A stretch of 64,000 bases of DNA from Ptychomitrium polyphyllum (GCA_973851085.1 OZ316775.1:21142001-21206000), one strand, 5' to 3'; counted from the stretch's first letter, positions 1-14,000 are shown. Translations and numbers: made by a program. The notes: generated by a model from the sequence alone, not told the origin.

Positions 1-599
1 TTTATTTGTTTAATTTTTGGATATGCTTTGTAAAAAACTTGCTTAATTGGATCTTTTTGTAAAAAGAAATGAATTTAATCTTAAACCATGGATTCTTTGA
101 ATTAATTGGATTTCCATGTACAAAGAATTTTTAGAAGTTGTTGCTATTTAGTTTGGAATTTGAAAATGTATTTAAAAAACTTCTTAATTTTGAAAACCAA
201 TACAGTTGTCATGTCTTTAGAAACATCTTACATAGAACATCTTTGTTCAAATGTGCAATCTAGGATTAATGATAATATTTAGTTTTCTTTAGACAATAAT
301 ATTAATAGCAAGGTATTAATAAATAACCTTTTTTGAACATTAAGAAATTTTTTAAGACAATATCATCCATGTTTCTTCTATGGTTTTAAGTTTTTATAAA
401 ACATAATTTTTTAATTTAAAAAACTTATCAAACATCCATTTTGTTTTGGAAAAAGATGATAAATTGAGAAATAATGCCTAAAGCTACTGAAGCAATCCAA
501 CCTTAAAAAAATAATATACCACACATATATCCATCCAATTATATCTATAAAAAAATTAATAAACAAACACATGGCTTCAAAAGGAGTGTGATAAAGAAG

Positions 600-3500
600 G
601 GTGCTAGTGTAGAGGGAGCTTGCTTTGTAAACCTCATAAGCTTTGCATGTGACATTAAGCATATTCAAATATAATAAAATTTAAAGACTTATTTTTGGAT
701 ATTTATGTAATAACATGATGTATGAAATCTTATGGTGTTGGTGTTGATTTTGATTAATTGATACAGTTTGTATATCATTTTGAAATTTTAAATTTCATAC
801 ATTTTAATGACATATGATATTTTCATATTTGATACCAACTTGTAATGACTTTAAATTTATATTCATAATTTGGAAATTTTTTGAAGGAATATAAGGGACA
901 TTTTGTATATATAAATTAGCAAGTATTGAAATTTGACTTGTATAGAAGGCATTTGAAATTTTTTAAAATTTAGATTTGAATTCTGGACAAGTGTTTATTA
1001 GATTAGACTTATTTGTAAATTGCACCTTTTTTTCACCCAAATGTATGAAGTAGAACAATCTATTACCATCAAAGGCCATGGCCACTATTTATCAAAGAAC
1101 TAGGAATCATCTTTTGTAACACCATTAATAACTAAATTCTTGTCATCATTGATTTAAGCTTTTTAAAGAATGGTAATAGATTTATAATCATTTGGTGGAG
1201 AAAGACTTGGTGTTTGGTGGTCATTGATGGAAAATTCTATAATTGTACATTCATTTATTAGTGGTTATTGGTTGTTGTTTGAATAATCCATGGAAAAAAT
1301 CTATTAGTAATTTATGGTATTTTGTATAAATATGTTTTTTAAATTAATAATTAATTCAAATTTATATTAAAAATATCTAATTGAAATTATATTAAATGTA
1401 TCAAACTTCATCCAATATAAATTATTAAATTATTTTCAATACTTGCATAAGAAGACATTCTTTTTTGCAATGGTCATAAATTATTCTATTTAAAGCTTAT
1501 TTCTTAAGTCTTAAATAATATTATCAGTTATGAATTTTAAGTGAATTTGTAATAAACAGATGAATGTTTATTTTGTTGATATAACTTTGTTGACTATGAA
1601 AATTGATTAACAACATTTTCTAAAAGCACCTAATTTTAATGATATGCAAGAATATTATAATGAAAAAAAATGAACTAACATTCAAACTTATATGTGCTAA
1701 TTTTAGAATATAATTCAAATAATTAAAATGATTTATCTTAAAGATTTTAAAAGTCCAAGTTTTGAGTTTGATAACATACAGAGCAATAAATAAGAATTTT
1801 CTTTATATTATCAAATGTTTTGTAGTTGATTTCATGTAAAAAAATTCTTAGCTAACGTTTTTTTATTGCCTTTTCAAAAAGCTACGTGATAGCATAAATT
1901 GTAATTCTTAGTGATTTGAAAAATATCAAGGCTACAGTTTCCATTGTAGAACTTAGTAAAGAAAGCTAGTAATGAATTCAACTTCATTTTGTCCAAATCT
2001 TAGGCAAAATGAATAAGACCTATTAACACAAACTAATTGTATAAAATTACAAATGTCAAGGGTGTAAATCAGGCTTGATATTTGATTCATTTAATTTTTG
2101 ATTAAGTAAACATGATTTAATAAGCTTATAGATTTTGAAATTATAAAAGGACTTATTAAGCATTAAGTTTGTTTTTGTGCTTACATCCAAAAAAATCATT
2201 ATTATCAATTGATGTACCTTAAGGATTAATGACAATGAGACTTGTTATAATAATTCTTCCAATAAATGATCATTTCAAATTTTTTTAGGAAGTTCTACAT
2301 CCAAAGTTTATAAGGATGATATAATAATATTGAATTATATTATTGACTATGTTTTTTTAATTTGATAATAATTGTAAGAATTAAATAATTTATAGTAAGG
2401 AAATATTTAAGATAGTTAATTAACAATCAATTAATTCAAATGAGATCTAAATCTTCTACATATTCTATAAATACTAAGACCAAATTTCATATTGCAGGCT
2501 TAATTTTTTTATGCTAATTGAATTGCACGAAAATATAAATATTAAAAATCTAAGAATAGAATAAAGCACAAAGTTGTTTGGTATTTGTTATCTTACACAA
2601 ATATGTATATAATTTAAATTGGAGTATCTAATTATTTGGTTTTTTATAACTATGCTTGATGCAAATTATAATAATGATTTCATTGCAATTCATCTCTTAC
2701 AAACTTTTGTGACCTAGAATTTTAGTAATATATGTTAAATAAATTCTTCTAAATTCAACAAGAATCATATAATCTTCATATTTTTTTACTATTGATCTTT
2801 CCAAGCAAGTTATAATAATTTTAATGCTCCAAACAAGGAAAACTATGTATATCTTTTAATATGGTTTTAGGGAAATTCTTATGAAAACATTGTTATTTGA
2901 GCATGATTATTCCATGCTAGCACTTGAGCAAAATAATAACTTCCATTCAAATTTTTAATTTACATGGTTTGATTTTTTTTTTAAAACCACCTAAAAACTA
3001 TACTAATTTTGAAAAATTACAAATATGATTTTTTTTATTAGAAATAAGTTAGGCTTGCTTCCAGATAAATATGATACCTTTTAGTTGAACATTAAAGAAA
3101 AATTTGGCTAAAATCAAGTTCCTTTCTTTTTATTGATAATATAGAGCTTGCATTAATTAACCTAAGTTATAAATCAAAATGTTAATCAACCTTATACTCT
3201 AGTGAATTGAAATAAATAAAGCCAATAAATTTAATACTTCATAATAGATATCTATTAAAATACTAAAATTTTCAAATGCATAGAAGATTTAAGAATTTTC
3301 TTTTAAAAATTTGTAAACAACTTCATGTAAAAATTTCAAGATTAAAAACCGGTTTCAATTATCTTTGACAACCTTGCTTCTTTATAATCCAATTTTTTTT
3401 AGAATAACATTAGAATCTTTAAAATTATACAAAATCTTATATTTTGTTGTAGGAATTTATTTTATTATGAAAAAGTTAATTTGAATTATCAAGTATCCAT

Positions 3501-3600
3501 CAAATATGTGATTTTTCAATAATAATGTGTATTTTTAAATGAAAATTAAAGAAATAATAATTTTCAAAAAACAATACAAAGCTAATAGGTTCCTCCAAAG
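600..3600 (+). mobile_element. Highly decayed L1-like LINE ORF2 remnant (endonuclease + reverse transcriptase)
   Basis: Degenerate motifs occur in LINE order: NDFK (~GDFN, ~843), IRLDLF (~SRLDRF, ~997), FQKA/frameshift/DSIN (~DFEKAYD..W, ~1870), QGC (~2056), LLSIDV (~LFADD, ~2200), KYLR (~KYLG, ~2402). Many stops, very AT-rich. Boundaries approximate. Confidence 0.55.
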
Positions 3601-4534
3601 ATTGAATGTATAAAAGTTGGATGATAATTAATTATTTTTAACTTTAAGAGTTATCAATATGTATGGAGATTCAAGTAAAGCAATTTTCAAATACATATTG
3701 ATAATGCTAAGAAATGTACTTTCAACCTCATTAATAATGATGTAGAAAGCAAAAGAGTTGAAGGAGCAACCTCTGAATTAAAACTTTGTAGTTTTTTATT
3801 TTTTATTTTTTTAATCCGCTATTTGGAATTGAATATTATCATCTTAAGTCATCAATATGAATGGAGACTCAAGTAAAGCAACACAACAAACAAACAACCT
3901 ATGGAATAAGGTGCAACTTAGTGATTCTATTACACAAAAAGTGATACTTAACGCCAAGACTCAAATGTTATTTATTCCTGAATTTTTTTAACCGTGAAAT
4001 TGTATAATCATGAAATTGTAGAATTGTTTCACAAATGATATTATTCATGAACAGTCTATAAAATGCCTTATTATACCAACAAAAACTTTAACAATCTGCA
4101 TACAGTATCCTGCCAAGATATATAGAATTGGTATTAAAATACAAATTTAAATACCATTTTTAGTGGAGTCCACACGCCCAGCTCCGGAGTTGGCAGGGTC
4201 ACCACCACCGGAGCCGCCAGGTCTAGAGGACACGCCTTACGATGCTACTGTTCTGGTCCCTGGTCACAAGCTATTGACAACTCCTGGTACTGTGCACTAC
4301 ATAACTCTTCCTCATCCCAGCTACAATGAAAATACAGGACCTCCCTAGACACAACGCTTTCATTAAGTCGCTCAGCAGCTTACAACAAAGAAGACGACTC
4401 ACAGACACGAGTTCTGACTTCTTGCATCCAGCGCCGCACCAGCTGCAACACCAGTCAACATACTTTTTCCGAATTCCTGCGTCAAGCTGTTCTAGATAAA
4501 GGAGTTTTAATCCAAGTTCCAGTACTCAACATCG

Positions 4535-5084
4535 ATGGCGACTGCTAAACCTGTCCTGCTCTTCACCATGTTGTCACTAGCACTGTGTGTCAGGGCCACA
4601 ATGGTTTCACCTTTAATCGAAGTTCCACGAGAGCATTCCTACAAGCTTCAGTAAATCGTGCATGCGAAAGGTTACCAGTACTATAGATTCATCGGCACTA
4701 GCTAATTGGCTTTCAATGCCACGGCTAGGCTTTACAATCTGATGAGGCAACAAATGGAACACCGCTTCTTCCTGGCCGTATGTGGGTGGGCAACCCACTT
4801 GGAATTCTCTACCTTCCAAGATGAGTAATGGTGTCTTACAGCAGGGTTATTTGCAAATCTGTGTCGAAGGTGGCTGTGGACCAGGTTAGCATTCCGTGGG
4901 ATTGGTTGAGAGTACTCAGTCCAAGGGAGACAGCAAATCTTTTGGTGATGTGACCTTCGTGCAATGGCTTGATACCAAGCTGGGTCTTGCACCTGCGAGC
5001 AAGAAAGGAGTTCGTAAGGACGAGGTTAAATGGTCGCCATATACAGCTGACTATTTGTTCTGTATTTCTGAAACAAACCACTGA
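4535..5084 (+). pseudogene. Intronless DUF3455-like secreted protein pseudogene
   Basis: ATG 4535 gives MATAKPVLLFTMLSLALCVRA (signal-peptide-like), then HAKGYQYY, GGQPTW, SIPW, FGDVTFVQWLDTKLGLAP and PYTADYLF. In-frame TAA at 4652-4654 and 4703-4705, plus frameshifts between motif blocks. Confidence 0.65.
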
Positions 5085-7173
5085 CGGTACTTGTACAAGC
5101 CCATAGTGAAGCGGAGGCTTCTAAGCCAGTGTAAAGTAAACTAGTGCTCTGGACTTTATTCTGCTGAACGCTGACCAGAAAATCAGATTTTACTCTTACT
5201 GTTCGCACTTTATAACTAATTTTTAGTCTTAACAGTCTGTAAATTTATACTCTTATTCATACAATGGTCTGCATTGCAAGCTACCTTTAAATGATTTCAT
5301 TTTCTCTTTGATCTCTTGAATTAATTTTTTTGCAAATTATGGATCACCATTGGTCCTTTGCCATAGCACTCGTGTTACAGTCAGGACAATCAATTATCTT
5401 GGTACGCTCAATACTTTAAATTCATCCTGCAAGTTTTTGATTCTGTTTTTCTCCAAATTTCTTCTTCGTTCAATCGTTCGGGACCCGATGAAATTCAGCC
5501 CACTCACTGGTGGCCAAGGTTGTGAGCATCTCCACGAGAAGGGGTAAACTTCCAACATGCCTTGCTGGTCTTTGAATTATGCTCGTTTGGCCCTTGTATT
5601 GGTTGCGTTTTCTACAACCATCGTCAAATCTTTGTAGCTGGAAAGGTCAGGTAGCATTTCACTCCAAAGTGATACTGAAGTAACACAACGCACTTGTTCT
5701 AGTGTAGGACTTGACAAAAGGGAGAAGAGTCCGCGACAGGAGCAGTGCAACCAAGGTAGGTCGATAATGATGACCTCTGTGACTAAGCTACCTTTAAGGG
5801 AACTACCGTGACCTGAGTGACCTGATATTGTTAATACAATACTTGTTTATACAACGACCTTTATTTTACAATAAATTTAGTGTAACCAAATTTTTAGGTG
5901 AAAAAACCCTTTACAATATGACTGACACACAATGGTATGTCATATTGAAATCTCTAGTTGGTCAAATTAAAGAGATGATGTAGGTCGAATTTGTCTAATA
6001 GTAATCAATTTTTTACCAAAAAAACATGTTTCATTCATTGTGTGATAGGAAGCCACATGAGAACTTGTCAAAATTTGCACAAATTCTTGAAAACTATATT
6101 CAATAATATAACACCTAGTTAACACAACATGTTTTATATTTCCCAAATATTTCATATTAAAGAGGAAAAATAATAGTATAAGTTGATCATTTCATGTTGT
6201 TGCACGATAGATTTTACAAATGCATTGAAAAATGTGTCTATAGTAAATTTATTTATAAATTGCTCATTTTCTCAACCAAACCTCTTTCATCTCATTTGTT
6301 TTTATGATTGGAGCACACACTTGATATTTCATTGTCATAAAAGTTTGACTCACTTTATTTCAATTTACAACTATTTCTATGCATTTATCTTGGGACAATT
6401 GTATACTTTCTACACTTTCTAAAATGAAGAAGATGAGTTTACAAATACTGTGTCACATGTATTTGTAGGGCTCATCAACGTAGGAAATCCAAGTAATTAA
6501 CAGACTCACACAAAGACACTGCACCGGACCAACTTAGCTTTTAAGTCCTTGTTGAGTAAGATCAGTGCTAGTTTGCAATGCATCATCTCAACAGAAACAT
6601 CATGTCACAAGTGAGAAAAGGAAATGGGAATGTATGAGAGTTACAGTGCACAAGATTCATCCATTCTTTTTACTACATCAGTAATATGATTAAGGATTTC
6701 CATTCATTGGTGCTGCACCAGAGGAAAATATCAAAACTGAATCCAGATCTAACTTTGATGTGATAGGTCACGTTACCCATGCAAAGCATTTAATGTTGTA
6801 TTTGTTTAGATGGGACTATTCTTCAAATATGGGACTCCTTAGAACTACATATTAGCACAATTACTTACTAGTTTCATTAGTTTGTACTGGCAAAATGAAA
6901 TATTAAAAGCTTATGTCATAGGAGATGATTTGTCATTTCTTTCATATTCAATAATGTTTGATGTGGATTGTATGTTGTTAAACTTAGCCGTATGTGTGGA
7001 TGCTAAATGTTCTAAACTTTGCACATGGTATGCACATAGTATATTATTTGCACATAGTTTATTTAATGAGTGGATGCATCATGTTCATTATAATCTTTCA
7101 AATCCTTCATATATGTCATATTCTAATTATAAAATCCACAATTAATATGCAAAAATAATAAGAAAATTTATTT

Positions 7174-7879
7174 TGTAAAGAAAATAAAATATGATTCATT
7201 ACTATTTCTAGTAGGAAAACTAATGATGTAGGAAAACTAATGATTTTCCAATTTTTAAATTTCACTAGGAATTTACTAGGAATTTCCAATATTTAAATTC
7301 ACTAAGAAAATAAAATATGATTCATAATAGTTTCTTATAATTCTTTTATATGTCTCCAGCCTTTCCATGTTCTTAAAAAGCTTCCTAGGAAAGTTCCTCC
7401 GCCTTAGGAAATTTCCTATGAAGGTTCTATCATCTTAGGTGATTTTTTAGGAAACTTCCTACGAAGATTCCATCACCTCAGGAAGCTTCCTAAGAAAGTT
7501 CTATCACCTCAGGAAACTTCATATGAAGGTTCTTATCTCTTTAAGAAACTTCTTAAGAAAGTTCCGCTACCTTAGGAAACTTCCAAAGAAGGTTCCAACT
7601 CCTTGAAAGCTTCTTGGAAAAGGTTCCCTAGACTTCCAGAACATTCTCAAGCCTTGTAGGAAGCTTCTTTAGAAGTATCCCAGGAGATACAAACGTCGTA
7701 GTATAAATAAGAGGCAAGACAAGGTATTCCTTAGTCTTGCCAATACAAGTTGTGGATCATCTTGAATCCTGCCTTGTTCTAGTCTTTGTATCAAGTTCTT
7801 GTTAATCATTAACTCTTTGGAAGCTAATTCTTGGGAAACACTTCTTTTTTGTTTCTTGTTTCTTGTATTCCTAATAACA
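7174..7879 (+). mobile_element. Degenerate LTR (nested, probably solo) with a 31-bp tandem array and TATA box
   Basis: GTAGTATAAATA at ~7698-7709 and a 3' end ...AATAACA at 7879. Positions 7620-7879 are homologous to the reverse complement of 17167-17460. The 5' TG boundary is uncertain (7174 or 7227) and no TSD was seen. Confidence 0.55.
7380..7630 (+). repeat. Degenerate ~31-bp tandem repeat, about 7-8 units (GGAAACTTCCTA.GAAGGTTC.ATCACCTCA)
   Basis: Consecutive units include ggaaacttcctacgaagattccatcacctca, ggaagcttcctaagaaagttctatcacctca and ggaaacttccaaagaaggttccaactccttg. Confidence 0.85.
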
Positions 7880-8015
7880 TTCATCTTTTTTTTTTGCAAT
7901 TCCAATGTTTTAATAATTATGCTTCCTCACCAGTGTATAAGTTTTGATATTGAATTATGGAATTAATTCATTGTGGTTTAATTATGTACTTGCAACTTGT
8001 TATATTGTAAATAAC

Positions 8016-11000
8016 ATGGATACACAAAAGGATCCAAAGTAGGTGATTGACATTTCATATGCTAGTGCTTTAAAGAAACTCTTTGAACAAATTCATGATG
8101 CAAATTTTCCAAGACCTAATGATGATGTCGCAACCCTTGCAATGTACTTTAGCAAGCGTCAAGCGCGTCAACCCTGTACATCCCCACATGCACAAGGTTA
8201 ACCCCCATTCTCACTTTCCAAATCTTTCTACCATTTCTCTTAGGACACCCAATTTATTAGTAGCCAATGGTTAGGTGCGGACTTCCATTCATGTCCAAGG
8301 CCTCACTTGGTGTTACTCCCATTCCACACGGCTTAACCGCACTTAGTGGTGTCTCCTCATCACCACTCATGATGCCCAAGTGATTCTAAGATCACCCCGG
8401 GCCATCATGGTGCCGGCGTGAAGATACCACCTCAATTTAGTGGTAACAAGCGTACCCTTTTGAACGTGCTAGTTCCCTTTGTGAAACCGGCCGTCCACCG
8501 GCTCACAATGGTGTGGGAGTCCCCGTGGTGAAGCCCCAACACTAGCTCCACCAATCGGAACTCACCCTTGGTCTCTACCGAGACACTAGGGGAGTGGAGA
8601 GGAGGACCAGCCCTCCCTTATAGTACTCTCTGTGGGATTCGGCAGGCCCCCTGGCCCTCTGGAGCTAGCTGAACCCCGACACACCTAGAATTTTGGAAGA
8701 CCACCTGATCCCCCTTGGAACTTAGCCGCTGGAAGCCTCCGGGACTCCCAGCGGACCTTCAGGGCGCCATATCTTCCTCATTTGGTGCCCAAATGTATCA
8801 AGCAACCACTCTATTGTCATTTACTCTTTGCGTAGATGCCGATAGACTCCTCAAACGTCCGATTTGAGTTAGTATTGTGGGAGATACGCCTCTCCCAAGG
8901 TTCGGGACTCCCGAGGAGTCCCTCCCTGGACTATCCTACTCCAGCACAGTCACTGTGTAGGGCTGCCACACTCCAGAACAGCCCCTTGGCAACCCCAACT
9001 TTGGGGTGCCATAACTTTTAGCTTCCATATCCGATTTGGGTAATCCTTAGCATTCTAAAATCAGCTCTTCATGATTCCTTTAATGCCCATGATTTATCCC
9101 TTGTAGCCCTCGATCTACATGGGCAAGGATGTTTCTCCCCCTAGGGGTCCTTCCCATGTTAGGCCTACTCGGTTCTCCTCACTATTGGCGCCACAAGTCC
9201 CGGACGTCACTTCGGGGTCCCCCTTGTGCCCTTAGTGTTGCGGGCACTCCTCAGGGCGAAGTGCGCGACAGATGACTTCAACGTTAGAAAAAGCTATTGG
9301 ATTAAATGGAGGATTTCTACTTCATATATGTAATACCTAGATCTTTACAAGTTTCTAAAGGAAGATAGTTTTGGTTTTTGAATTGCAATAAATGAAATTT
9401 TACCTCCAATAATAGAACCTTCATTTGCAACCATTCTAAATCTTAGAATCACTATTGTCAAAGTAAGTTTTGACAATCTTATTGATTGGATAGAAAACTT
9501 GTCTTGTGGTATTGCCAATCTTGTATGCTATTGTGTTAAAGATCAGTTTTAGGCACGTTTCTTTTTAGAGAATATAATGCACATGATAATTCTTTGAAAG
9601 AAATACATGTGGAGCCTCTTTTCAATAAAGTAGATTTATGTGATTTGAGTGAAAACACAAGAAGAATAACACAAGTTTTAAAAGCCGTATTATTTATTCT
9701 TCATAATATGAGTAAGGTATATGTTATGAAAGCATTAAGAATAGATATTGAGCAAACATCAAAGAGAAATGTCAATTCTTCAGGTATTATTACATTGTTC
9801 CAAGTCATGACAAAGGTAAGGAAAAAACTACAAAGGAGGCATTTTCTATTGATATTAGTGCTTGTATAATAGATGGTGGAAATACTGAACTATAGATTGC
9901 TGGCATAAATTTTGGCCGGTGTGAAGAAAATGTTAACATTAATCAAAGTGATCCAGATAGGCTATTGCCTATTGAATTGTTGCCTTATAAATATGAAAAA
10001 TCTTTTTTTAAGAAGGGAAAATGAAAATATGTGATTCAAAAGAAGAAGGTAGAAGAAGAAAAAATTTAAATGTTCTTCATCAACTAGAAGGCACAGGAAG
10101 AGTATTGGAAGTGGAATTTTATAATGATTGTATTGATAAAAGACCCAAGGAAGGAAAGATTGCGGTTCCTTCAATCTGAGAAAAAAAGTAGTCTACATTA
10201 ACATCCTCAAAATTCTATAGATGGAAAAATTATTGATGTACAAGACTATCAAGAAGAGCTTAAAGAATTCAAGAATAAAAAAAAATCTATGTATATTTGG
10301 GGGCAAGAAACTATCCACAAGGTTTTTATAGATTTTATGACCATTGCTCCTAGTGAATTTAAATATTGCCCATTTTATGATAGTTTGGCAAGAAATCTTT
10401 TCATGATAGTTTGGCAAAATTATCAAATATTGCAAAGCTATTAAAAATACCCAAAAATGTGGTTAAATGGTAGTAGTGACTAATGGAAGATAATGATTAA
10501 CTTTTGAGGATACGTTTTGTATAATTATAAAGCAAAGTATTTTCATTTTTTAGTAGTTTTTTGTAAATATGTATTTTTGGTCCTTGTGTTTGTTAAATTT
10601 TTATTGAAATAAGGAATATTATATTAATGTGCAGGAATTTCAACAAAAAACAATGGAGACTTTAAACTCCATGAATGAAATGAATGTTGGAAAAACAAAC
10701 AAAGAGTATCAAGGGAAGTTTAAAGTAATGTGTGCAAATGATTAGTTGTATTTACATATTATGAGTGCCTTCATATGGTTTGAAAATGATATCTTTATCA
10801 ATCTAGATACATGAAGGAAGTGGTGTAATGATTTAGAGGCATTGGTGTATTTGTAGAAATTTCTAAAGGAGTATTTCTAACTTTGCCCCAACAAATTAAA
10901 AACTTTTGAAATACAGGAAACAACATGGAATTTGATGAAGCTACTCCAGTGAACAAACTTTTTTTAAACTTAAATTTTGCTATTTCTTTTGGTAATATTA

Positions 11001-14000
11001 AGGATGGTATTTTGTAAGAGCATGTAAGAAAGGCAATATCTTTATTAAGCCTTGCTTCTCCAATTTCTTCATCAAATTGGAGGGAAAAAGTAAACAAGTT
11101 TGATTCTTATATATCAACTTCTCAGCTTTTGTAAAAGTCACATGAATCAAGTTTGGAGTTTAAACCAAATCAAACTAAAGCAAATGAGGGATCTTTATCT
11201 AATTCACATCTAGCAAATTTAAATCCTTCATCATATGTGCAAGTTGAAAATCCTAAGCTAGTACAAAGATCATGTGGTAATAGCCTTGAATTGCTGAATA
11301 AATTTTGTATTAGAACTCTTGTATTTTTACAAAATTTTATTGCTTTAAGTAATGTTGAAGTAAATGTAGAATTCAAAAGACAATTCCATTTGCTTCTTGC
11401 AAATGCAAAGATAGAACATGTGGAAGAAAGTCCTTCTTTTATACCAAGTTTAATAAATACTCTGAATGATCCAATCATTAGTGATAGTAATGAAGAAGAT
11501 CATTTGTTAATAGTTGTTAGAAGATCTCATTTAAATCTCTCTGATAATCGAGAACTTGACAAAGAAGTAGCTATGGGGAAAGCAAAAGTTACTAAAACGA
11601 AAACCTTAAAAACTCAACTACAAAAATTTATAAGGAAATTTTTTTTGTAAATAAATAGAATGAGTTGAAGAATTGGAAATTAGAAATGGTGAATTTGAGG
11701 CTACAAGATGAATTAGCACGTGCATGGGAATAATTGAAGAGCTTAGGAATGTCCATTGAGCCTTCTCTATTATCTTTTATAGTACAAAGTTACCAAGCAA
11801 CAACATCAATTGCATCAACACCAAAGTTGGGTATATTAAAATATAATCTTTCTTGTGAAAATCATATAGGGTTAAAAATAATGAAAGAAGATTTTATTCT
11901 TGAACTTCAGATATTTTTAAAATTTTAATTTTACAAGCATGAATTTCTTTTTTTATAAATATATATTTTATTATTAATCATGATTCATGATAGTTTTTAA
12001 AAATTGCTTTTACAAAAACAACCTTATAATTTGCATGTACATAATGTATAAATTAGCAATATTAATATAGTTTGTATTGAAATATGTGAATGATTGAAGT
12101 ATATTTTTATGTGTTGATATTACAGTAGTCTATTGTAAACAATATTGTTTAATTTCAATTTACTTCATTTTGTCAAAAATTGAATAAAATCTAATGTTTG
12201 AGTATACAAAAGTGACATTTTAAAACAAATTTTATTGCCAAAGACAAACAAAGACTTGATTTTTTTATGCAAAGTAATAAAGGTTTATTTTGTTATATTT
12301 ATAATTAAATATAAAGTGCATCTATGTAGAGCCTTTAAAGTGCAACTCTATCAACTTAAATCTTTTCATGATATTAATTTTTTTGAATGAAGAAGTATAA
12401 AAAAGACAAAATATAACAAATATAGGCTTAATATTTTTTATCACTGATTTACATCAAAGGCTAAAATAAATAATAGATTGTCAATATAATTATGATTTTT
12501 TAAAATTAGAATCAATTTTATTTTTTTCATATGAAGCCTTGAAATGTTTAGTAATTTTATTTTATTTTGACATCACTGAGGTATTTAGAGCTTATGAAGA
12601 GTTTTGGTAATAATGAGGTGCTTTGAACTTATGAAGCTAAAGTGTAGAAGTTTATGGTAAAGTCTACATAGTAATGAGTGAAAAAATTGTATTTTATTTA
12701 TAACATCTTTAGATTTTGTTTTGCATATTGTACCATTCTTTGTTTTTTATTTTACATTTTTATTTATTTTACAAAATGGAAACTCTAGCTTATTAGACAA
12801 TAGTCTAAAATGCTTGAAGAAGAAAAAATGGAATTTCATTGCATATCCAATTCTATGTCATTGTCCTACAAACAATTAAAGGTTAAAATGGATCAATAAT
12901 ATTTATTTATTCACAATAATAATACAATGTTCATTGATGATATTGATGAAATCATCTTTTATCTTCAATGTACATGTTGAATACAAAAAAAAATTTAATA
13001 CAACAATAATATTAGAGTACAATTTCATTAATATTACTTATATAGAGTTGTAAAGCATATAAATGGCTATAGCAACATATATATTAGATTGATTGTAGAA
13101 TTATTGAAATCAAAAGTTTGTTTGAAATTTAAATTTTAGAATAAAGATTAAGAAATTAGAATTCATATACGCTCAGAAATAGCAAATATATAATTTATAG
13201 ATGTTAATAGGATGCATAATTGATGTTTAAAAGTAAATAAAATAAAAACTTAAACAATGTTTAAAAATAATTTAATTTCAAAATAGCATTAATATAAATA
13301 CAAAGTAGAATGTTTGAATGAATGTTCATAGTAAAATGATGTTTTATTTATATATAAGCATTGTAATAATCTTATAGTATTTTCAATAAATCATTACAAT
13401 GCACATCTTTTTAATATAATTTGTTGAATATTTTTTTATCATTTAATTAATATTAAGTGCAATATTGCATGCAAAGGTTTGTATGGATAGAGTATAAATG
13501 TTGCTTCTTAGTATAAGCCTTGTTTATTTTATATGTATGTAAGCTACAATTACAAAGAATTTTTTTAAGCATAATAAATCAATCTTGTATTGTTTTTTTA
13601 AATGATTATTTTTTAAAGTATTATTTTGTTAGTATTTAATAAATTTTAGGTGCCAATGATTCAATCTAATATATATTGAGACTTGTTTAAGTATAATATT
13701 ATATTTTAATGAAGGCAAATTATATTTTTTATTAATTGCTATTTTATATATTAACTTTTATGGAGTTAAAGTATTCATATATATTTTTTATTAAAAACAA
13801 GCATCAATAGATGAATGAAGAATTGAAACATATTTTTTGAAATCTATGGTTGATTGCCAAGTTCTAATTAAATTTAACGTAATCTTTTGATACATTTTAC
13901 TACAATTGAAGTTGTTTTTTCTTGCTAGACAATTTATACATCCAACTTCATTTGCCATTTTGATGAAGTATTTAATCATCATTAGAGCTATCACAAGTAT

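Noticed and set aside
4163..4348. Pro-rich 61-aa ORF
   Set aside because: Starts at GTG and has no recognisable homology; may be a gene or transposon fragment but cannot be supported.
7380..7630. CRISPR-like regular repeats
   Set aside because: Units are head-to-tail and degenerate with no unique spacers; no cas genes; eukaryotic LTR context.
11153..11650. 165-aa ORF as a host gene
   Set aside because: AT-rich, begins at a non-ATG codon, has no splice or promoter context, and lies within the decayed LINE-like ORF1 region.
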